Source: Callorhinchus milii
Taxonomy: Eukaryota
DNA length: 64,000 nt
Reading direction: 5' to 3'
NCBI RefSeq assembly: GCF_018977255.1
Contig: NW_024704749.1
Coordinates: forward strand, 11,036,001 to 11,100,000
A model generated the notes under the pieces. That model had not been told where the DNA came from. It did no database searches and was given only the letters and a program-made list of their open reading frames with translations. The position numbers and the translations under genes were made by a program. Of this stretch, positions 23,790 to 33,038 are shown in pieces; position 1 is the first letter of the stretch, and each line of letters begins with the position of its first letter.

Positions 23790-26150
23790 TAATAATAATA
23801 ATAATAATAATAATCCTTGCATTTGATACAGCGCCTTATCGCGTCATTGAGACGTCTCAAAGCGCTTTGCAGAATATATATTGTAAAGTGTATTTTGTGG
23901 GCAAAACGCGGCAGCCATTTGCGCACAGCAGCGTCCCACAAACAGTCGTGGATTGAGTAACCAAATTTTTTTTGGAGGCATTATTACCCCCCGAAAGCGA
24001 TCCACCAGTCGTCTAATAACCGGGTTCCTACCTACTGCTCGGTAAACAGAGGGCGTGTGGAGTAAGGAACTTGCTTGAGGTTTCACCTCACCCGGGAATC
24101 GAACCCGGGTCCTCTCGCTTGCGAGACGAGCGCTTTAACAACTACACCGCAGGACTCGATTAATGCTACATGACAGGAATGAGTGAGGGGTGGGGAGGGG
24201 GGGGGGGGGGGGGGTAAAGGGAAATGTGGGGATGGGGTTAAGACTAGATTCTAAAAATAATCATCCTTGTGTTTGATTCAGTGCCTTATCCTGTTGGGAG
24301 GACATCTCAAAGTGTAAAGTGTAGTGACTGTGGGTTTTGCAAGGGAACGCGGCAGCCGATTTAGGCCCAGCGACGTCCCCCACAGACAGCTGTGAAACCC
24401 CTTCTGCCATCAGAACGCTCCAATATCCCACAGCCACCAGTCAATTTGAGATGCACAGGGAGGAACTACGAAGGACTTGACATTATCCACTGTAACGCTG
24501 GGAGCAAATAAGCAAAATACATTCGAGGAACAGCACCTCATTTATCTGCTCGGGACCTTCCCGCCCTCGGGCCTCAATATTGATTTCAACAATTTCAGAC
24601 CGTAACATCTCACCTTCCCCCCGTCCCCCACTCTTCCGTGACCATCACCACATCATCCGGGTCCCAGACACACCTTTCCTCTCTCTGGTCGACCTGTTTT
24701 GTTGCAATGTTCTCCCCTCTTTTGTTTTGCATCATTAACACCGCTTTAACCCATCATCCCCTGTCCTCTGCCCCATTTTCTCTTCCTTGCCCTGCCTTCC
24801 CCCTCTCTCCGTTAACCCTTAAAAGCCTCTCCCTCCTAACATGCCCCAGTTCTGACGAAGGGCCCTGGACCCGAAACACTGACTCACTTTCCTCTCTCCA
24901 TAGATGCTGCCTCACCCGCTGAGTGTTCCCAGTGACTTCTGTTTTGTAGCAAGTAAGACAACGCTGTTGGAAGATGAGGTGCAAGTGCAATGCTCTGGTG
25001 TAATTTATGCACTTCCAACCTGCTTTGCAAAGCTAAGTGTAGTTTACTCCAATCCAACTGTACCGATGGAACCTCTCACCAAGTTCCGCTTGAGCAAACT
25101 ACACCGAGCTTTGCAAACCACTGTGGTGAGTGAGTGATCGATTTATCAACAACAGCAAACGACAATTACACAGCGCCTTTCATGTCGGGAGGACGTCTAC
25201 AAAAGCTGGACAATCAAGATTGGGTGGAGGACAGGGGTAGGAGGGTGACCGAAGGCGCGGTCGAAGAGGAGGGTCTTGAGACGGGCTTCGAAGGAGGCGA
25301 GGGAGGAGGCGAGGTGGAGGGAAGTGTGGGATGGATGGAGTTCCGTTGGGTGAGGCCAGAGAGGCTGAAGGCCCGACTGAGAATCAAACCCGGGCCCTCT
25401 CGTTTGCGAGGTGAGTGCACTCACCACTACACCACACTACAGGCCGCCCCTATCCTGTAATTACATATCATTTCTCACAGTCAACAAATAATTTTCATTC
25501 GTCAAGAAACTACAGACGTGTAATTATCACGAGGAACGTCGTGGAATGTCACAAAGGGGTTTCACAGCTGTTTGTGGGGACGTCGCTGTGCCTAAATCGG
25601 CTGCCGCGTTCCCTTGCAAAACCCACAGTCACTACACTTTACAGTGAATTGTTTGAAGCACTTTGAGATGTCCTCCCAACAGTATAAGGCACTGAATCAA
25701 TCACAAGGATGATTGTTATTAGGATCTAGTCTTACCCCCCCACCTCCCCTCACTCACTCCTGTCACGTAGCATTAACCGAGTCCTGCAGTGCAGTTGTTA
25801 AAGCGCTCGCCTCGCAAACGAGAGGACCCGGGTTCAATTCCCGTGTGGGGTGAAACCTCAAACAAGTTTCGTTACTCCACACGCCTTCTCTTTACCCAGC
25901 AGTAAGTAGGAACCTAGTTGTTAGTCGACTGGTGGATTGCTTTGGGGGGGGGGGGTAATAATATCTCCAAAAAACATTTGGTTACTCAATCCATGACTGT
26001 TTGAGGGACGCTCCTGAGTGCCATTAGCTGCTGTGGTTTGCCCACAAAATACGCAGTCAATCCACTTGACAGTGTATCCCGTGAAGTGCTTTGAGACTTT
26101 TCAATGACGTGATAAGGCGCTGTATCAGATGCAAAGATATATTGTTAGTG
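23790..26150. repeat. Long inverted duplication, arms ~23790-24401 and ~25556-26150
   Basis: The arms share two SINE pieces and the non-SINE linker between them (TAATGCTACATGACAGGAATGAGTGAGGGG / CCCCTCACTCACTCCTGTCACGTAGCATTA) in inverted orientation. Confidence 0.85.
24410..24947 (+). mobile_element. Penelope-like element 3' fragment (GIY-YIG C-terminus and pLTR)
   Basis: About 24522-24605 translates as FEEQHLIYLLGTFPPSGLNIDFNNFRP*, typical of the PLE endonuclease tail; followed by a CTGACGA...GAAAC hammerhead-like core at 24852-24877. Confidence 0.65.
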
Positions 26151-26660
26151 TTATGATTCACTCTCCTCCACTGTCCAAAGTGATCTCCGATGGTTGTAAT
26201 GAAAAGACAGCGCAATTAATTTTGTCCATTAAGAAATGAGCGTAGACTTTTGCTGTTGATGGCAGTAACGCGATCAATGAATATATTGCTAATAAAACGA
26301 CAATCACCCAGCTCTGAACTGAACTGTACCCTATGGAGCGCAGAACATCCCTGTTGGCCAGTTTAACACTGGGTTTAAACTGCGCGTGGAATTGTACCGA
26401 TATATAAAGATCTCCCACTTCTCCCTCCCACCCCATCCAACTACACCCTATACATCAATGGATTATCCAGAGCCACATCTATTGCTAATCTACAATTACA
26501 TATACATTTCAACATGTCACCTCGCTTTTTTTGGTCAGCCGGGTGTCTGACATGTGCGGAAACCCATCACCACGCTTAAGAATATCCAAACCAAACTGGT
26601 AAGATTAAATAATTAATTAATTCGCCTTAGTATGTGCAGCTCCCACCCCCCCACCCGCCC

Positions 26661-26697
<37 letters not shown>

Positions 26698-29600
26698 TCT
26701 TTCCATCACCTGCATAATCTCTCGTCAAAGCAAGAATACTTTTGAAACGCTGATCTCAAGTCTCGCGAAAAAAAAACTCCCAAATCTACATTTTCTCTCT
26801 TTCTCTCTGGCTGCAACTGAACATTATTACTACGTTACCTAATTCGCTTAGGACTTAGATTTAACACAGATTAAATGTCTAATTTTGGCTAATTTACCGG
26901 GGCTGGGTTCAAATAAAACAATCGCTATTTTCATTCCGATCCCAGATACAGAACGAATGATCTGAATGGGGTGAAATGGATAAACCTTATGTATGTGAAA
27001 AAAAAATGTTCATTTGTATTAATTGCAGGACATTTAATCCATGCACACTCCCCCCGTCCATTTGGGATCAATTTCATGCAGATTAATTTATGCATGTATG
27101 TATTCAATTGCGCTTTTCTTTGAAAAAAATGCCCCCCTCCCCCCATTATCTTTTACCAAACCTGCAATCAACCTTCCTCACACAATCCCCAGAAACTTAA
27201 TGATATCACCCCTCCACCCCCCCCCCCCACACACACACACAAAACACCTCAATCAAAATGAAATATATACGATCGACGAGTAATTTGTAACCTGGTAATG
27301 TTTCGCCCACAAAACACATAGTCAATTCACTTTACAGTATATGCTGTGAAGCGCTTTGAGGCATCTCAAAAACGTGATAAGGCGCTGAATCAAATGCCAG
27401 GAAAATTGTTATTACATTAATTTTATACAACCTGACAATTCATGTGGGGAATTTTGGGATTATCTGTAATATTTGCCGAATATTAGAAAGAGCGCACACA
27501 CACAAATAATAATTCAAATAAGGTTTGCGCCTCTCTCTCTCTCTCTCTCTGCATTGCTGATAGACAGATCCACTTACATAACACTGCACAAGAAGGAAGG
27601 GATATGGAACAACCATCAAGGACGGACAGACAGACAGACATCTAGTCAGAATCTCCCTCACAATCTGTGCACAATTTTGCTGCAGGTTAAAATGGCCATA
27701 TTTAGTATCTCCCAGAGACACACACACACACACACATACACAGCAAAAATCAGTACAGAATCACAGAGGGAGGAAATAAGTATTTTTTACACACGCACAT
27801 CAAATATACTCCACATCTCCCGGGGATTCAATGACAATCGATTAAAACTTGCAGCGTTTATAACAACCTGTTTTTTTTCAGATGCTTGACGTCGTTCAGA
27901 ATGGTGTCTTACCTGCTTAAAACCTTTATTTCCCCTTCAGTGAGCCTTTCAGAGGAGATTCCCTGGGAGGGTACGAGAGGAGAGAGAGAGAGAGAGAGAG
28001 AGAATAATAAAAATAACAGTCACCTCCTTTGTTGTCCTGTTGTTTCTGCCTGGTTTGCTTTGCAAAGAGATGGATGGCACTTAATGAAATAGCTCATAGC
28101 GTGGGGGGGGGTCAGTCAAATGGACACCACGGATCTCAAGTCCGAAGCATTTGCAAAGGAGAAAATAAAATTTGGTGTTGATTCATTTCAGGCTGACGGT
28201 AAATAAAAAAATGGAGATATTTTCACGTCCCACTTTTTCTTTCCTCCCTCCCTCCCTTCCTCGATGTGTTAGCCCCCAGCCTGGTCGAACAGCATTTGGG
28301 TATGTTGCAGAAGCCGTCAAGATCAAAGCGCTTTGAGACGTCTCGAAGACGCGATAAGGCGCTACATCAAATGCAAGGATTATTCCTATTCTTATTATCA
28401 CACGCACAAAGGTTACCTGCTCAGACGAAGCCGTGAGGATGGGTGGATGCTTTCATTGTGCCAGGCAGAGACACCTTGCAGCACAACGGCTGAGCAGAAG
28501 TGCAGTCCACACTCACTCACGCAGATATCTATTAAAAAGAGAGCGTGGAAACGAAAAGGATCGCACACATCTCTCTGTGCGTCAGGCAGGCGGGGGCACA
28601 GGGTGGTTCCTGCAATAGGAGGGAGAGGAGGGGTGGGGGGGGGGGGGAGAGAGAGAGAGAATTCTCTGTAATTAGTGTCACGGTGAATGAGGAGGTCTGG
28701 CTGAAAAGCAATGAATAATGAATCCATCTGCACTGCCTTGAATAGGACGGCCAGCTGCTGCCCGCCTTTCCCAACCACTCGCTCCCATTGTCTGTCTGCC
28801 TTCTGCTCAGGTCTCTGTGTCACGTACACACCAGCTGTGAGGGGCAAAACAAGGCAACAAGGCTCTCCCCTTTCCAACCCCGGGGCAAGGCGAGGGACCC
28901 ATTGATCGATCGAATGATATCGGATCCAAGAGTGGAGCCCTGTGGTGCAGTGGTTGGCACACTTGCCTCGCACCTGAGAGGCAAAACCTTACACAAGTTT
29001 CCTTACTCCACACTCCTCCAGCAGTAACTAGGAACCCTTGGTTGTTAGTCGATTGGCGGTTCAGTTTCCGGGGGTAATAATCCCGTAAAAGAATAATAAT
29101 AATCCCCGACTGTTTGTGGGGGCGCTGCTGTACACGATTCGCTGCCATGTTTCGCCCCCAAAATATACAGTCCATTCACTTTACAGTGTATCCTGTGAAG
29201 CGCTTTGAGGCGTCTAGAAGACACGCTAAGGCGCTATATCAAACGCAAAGATTATTATTACCCTTTAGATACTTGCTTTTGACACAGCTTGTCAAATGCA
29301 AGGACGTCTCAAAGCGTTTCACAGGAAATACTGTAAAGTGCAGTGACTGTGTATCTTGTGGGCGAAACACGACAGTTTGTGCACAGCAGCGTCCCCACAA
29401 ACAGCCATGGGTTAGGCAACCAATCCTTTTTATTATTTTGGTGGGGTGGGGCAGTTGTTGGCCAGGACACTGAAAGAGAGAGAGAGAGAGAGAGACTCTC
29501 TAGCCTTGGCTTATTTCCACCATTTTTTGATGTTGTTTGGAAATTGAAAATGTTGTTTTTGCTTAAAAAAGGACAAAACCGAAACTCCCCCAAGCTTGCT

Positions 29601-29809
29601 GTTGGAAGAAAGCCTTGCAGGAGGGTTGTCCTTCTGTTTCTGCTCACACTCTTGTTTGTTTGGAGCGAAAAGGTTAGAGTTCTGAATCATCGGGTTCCTC
29701 CGACGAGTGAGCAATTGCTCAAACAGAGATAGTGCCGGCTGGCAGTGTGGTGGGAACGCACACTCTATCCACTGTACGTGAGGATCAGGGTCCAAGGCAA
29801 TAAAACAAT

Positions 29810-30138
29810 AATAATAATAATAATAATAATCCTTGCATTTGATATAGCGCTTTTCACGTCGGGAGGACGTCCCAAAGCGCTTCACAGAATATACTGTAAA
29901 GTGAATTGACTGTATATTTGTGGGCGAACGTGGCAGCCAATTGCGCACAGCAATGTCCCACAAACAGTCGTAGATTGACAATGACCAATTTATTATTGTG
30001 TTTGGTTTTGGAGGGATTATTATTAGGCTCTGTGTGGAGTAAGGAAACTTGCCTAAGGTTTCGCCCTCTGCCTGGAATTGAGCTCAGGTCTCTCACTTGC
30101 AAAGCGAGTGCTCTAACCACTGAGCCACAGGACTCCAC
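29810..30138 (-). mobile_element. tRNA-derived SINE, young subfamily copy
   Basis: Nearly identical to 7760-8088; complete head and (AAT)n tail. Confidence 0.9.
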
Positions 30139-30938
30139 GATGGCATCTTCCTCAGGTACTTTGACTTGTGTGATCAGAATAGGCAGACGTCATCATCCAC
30201 AACAACAACAAATGACATTTACACGGCGCCTGTCACGTCGGGAGGCGCCGGACAGTCAGGGATTTGGACCCGAGCTGGGGGTTGGGATCAGGGGGGGTGG
30301 AGGGCGGGGAGGGCGGGGTGGCAGGAGGGTGACCGAAGGCAGAATATGCCGTGAAGCGCTTTGAGACGTCTCGACGACGTGTAAAGGCGCCGTATCAAAT
30401 GCAAGGATTATTAATATTAATAATAACAATAACGGTCGGTAAAAATCAATGCTCAGATCGGCTTAGAAATGACCTGTTTTCTGTTAACTGTAAAGGCAGC
30501 CCGGGGGCCTGACTGGTGAAAGGCTCACCGGGTGCAGTTAATCTTGCCAATTGATCCCTTGGAACCTCTTCCGCACATTAGCTGTTTGACAGAACAATGT
30601 ACGGTGGTCGCACCTGTCTCAGGTTTGGGCGTTCTCTGTTAATGCCACTCGCTGACCCCACGATGACAAGAGAAAGAGAGGGGGGCCCAGGCAGAGGGGG
30701 AAACCTCTAATAGTAATATTATTAGAATAATAATCCTCGCATTTGATACAGCGCCTTATCACATCTTCGAGACGTCTCGAAGCGGGCGATGCGGTAAAGT
30801 GAATTCACCGTGTAATTTGTGGGCCAAGAAACGCGGCAGCCAATTGCGCAGAGAGAGAGAGAGAGAGTGAGAGACAGAGAGAGTGAGATGGACAGAGAGT
30901 GAGACAGAGGCAAAGGTTGAGAAACGGCGACATGGAGC

Positions 30939-30970
<32 letters not shown>

Positions 30971-31411
30971 CAGCGAGAGAGATAAGTGCGTGAGGGAGAG
31001 ACAGACGAGCGAGCCGCACAGATTGTCAACCACATTTGATTTAACAGGTGCTGCGATCCTCAATGCAAAACACTCTGTTTCCTGTGCAATAGGACCTCTA
31101 AGTAGGGGGACAGCTGTTCATGTCAGCTTTCTTCAGTTCAGTTCAGTTTCCTGTCTTCAAACAAAGTGTTTCGCAATTCCGACCAGGAGGTAGAACGGAG
31201 CACACCCACACACACGCATACACACACGCACACACACACGCACACACCTGGCCATGATAGGCTGTAACTCGCTGCACATATCTCGCATAATAATAATCCT
31301 TACATTTATTTCGCCCACAAAATATACAGTCACTGCACTTTACAGCGTATCCTGTGAAGCGCTTTGAAACGTCTCGAAGACGTGATAAGGCGCTGTGTCA
31401 AATGCGAGTCC

Positions 31412-31451
<40 letters not shown>

Positions 31452-31656
31452 GATACAGCGCCTTATCGCGTCGTCGAGGCATCTCAATGCTGTATCCAGG
31501 ATATACTGTAAACTGGAATGACTGTGTAATTCGTGGGCGAAACACCAATTGCAGCCAATTGCACATCAGAGTTGAGCAGAAGTGCGTACTCCTGGCCACG
31601 GCTCAAAGAGGAAACTTGGAGTAAACACCAACCCATCTTACAATACAGTTCATTCC

Positions 31657-32418
31657 CCACACACACACACAGCCCTACACACACAGATATACACACACAC
31701 ACACAGATATACACACACACACACAGCCCTATACACACATACACACACACAGGCTGATAACGAACGAGAAACAAGTCATTTGGAAAGAGAAAGGCAGACA
31801 GTGTCCGCACATAGTTTGACAGACACACACACACACACACACACAGAGTGAGACACACACACACAGAGTGAGACACACACACACAGAGTGAGACACACAC
31901 NNNNNNNNNNNNNNNNNNNNNNNNNNNNNNNNNNNNNNNNNNNNNNNNNNNNNNNNNNNNNNNNNNNNNNNNNNNNNNNNNNNNNNNNNNNNNNNNNNNN
32001 NNNNNNNNNNNNNNNNNNNNNNNNNNNNNNNNNNNNNNNNNNNNNNNNNNNNNNNNNNNNNNNNNNNNNNNNNNNNNNNNNNNNNNNNNNNNNNNNNNNN
32101 NNNNNNNNNNNNNNNNNNNNNNNNNNNNNNNNNNNNNNNNNNNNNNNNNNNNNNNNNNNNNNNNNNNNNNNNNNNNNNNNNNNNNNNNNNNNNNNNNNNN
32201 NNNNNNNNNNNNNNNNNNNNNNNNNNNNNACACACAGAGTGAGACACACACACACACAGAGTGAGACACACACACAGAGTGAGATACACACACAGTGAGA
32301 TACACACACGCACAGAGTGAGATACACACACACAGAGTGAGATACACACACACACACAGAGTGAGACACACACACACACACAGAGTGAGACACACACAAA
32401 TACACACAGAGAGTGAGA
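31657..32418. repeat. CA-rich compound microsatellite (ACACAGAGTGAG)n interrupted by a gap
   Basis: Directly visible. Confidence 0.9.
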
Positions 32419-32622
32419 NNNNNNNNNNNNNNNNNNNNNNNNNNNNNNNNNNNNNNNNNNNNNNNNNNNNNNNNNNNNNNNNNNNNNNNNNNNNNNNNNN
32501 NNNNNNNNNNNNNNNNNNNNNNNNNNNNNNNNNNNNNNNNNNNNNNNNNNNNNNNNNNNNNNNNNNNNNNNNNNNNNNNNNNNNNNNNNNNNNNNNNNNN
32601 NNNNNNNNNNNNNNNNNNNNNN

Positions 32623-33038
32623 TGGGTGCCCTGGATGACCTGGGTGCCCTGGGTGCCCTGGGTGTCCTGGCGGTCCGGGGTGCCCTGGGTGCCCTGGGTG
32701 CCCTGGGTGTCCTGGCGGTCCGGGGTGCCCTGGGTGCCCTGGGTGCCCTGGGTGTCCTGGCGGTCCGGGGGGCCCTGGGTGCCCTGGGTGCCCTGGGTGT
32801 CCTGGCGGTCCGGGGGGCCCTGGGTGCCCTGGGTGCCCTGGATGCCCTGGGTGACCTGGCGGTCCGGGGGGCCCTGGGTGCCCTGGATGCCCTGGGTGTC
32901 CTGGTGGTCCGGGGTGCCCTGGGTGCCCTGGGTGCCCTGGGTGTCCTGGGTGCCCTGGGTGCCGTGGGTGCCCTGGGTGTCCTGGGTACCCTGGGTGCCC
33001 TGGGTGTCCTGGCGGTCCGGGGTGCCCTGGGTGTCCTT
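32623..33038 (+). repeat. 9-bp (CCCTGGGTG)n minisatellite with ~45-bp higher-order unit, in frame with the SDR gene
   Basis: Directly visible; translates as [15 protein letters not shown] repeats with no stop codon. Confidence 0.9.

Larger units (their letters stand above)
10645..28500 (-). ncRNA. MIAT: Candidate long non-coding RNA, positional and motif homolog of MIAT/Gomafu/RNCR2
   Basis: Downstream of and co-oriented with CRYBA4. Clusters of minus-strand TACTAAC/ACTAAY between 12143 and 20168. Candidate exons ~28500-28417, 27962-27913, 21736-21671 and terminal 21391-~10645. Minus-strand AATAAA at 10669-10664. No credible ORF. Transcription is not demonstrated. Confidence 0.65.
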
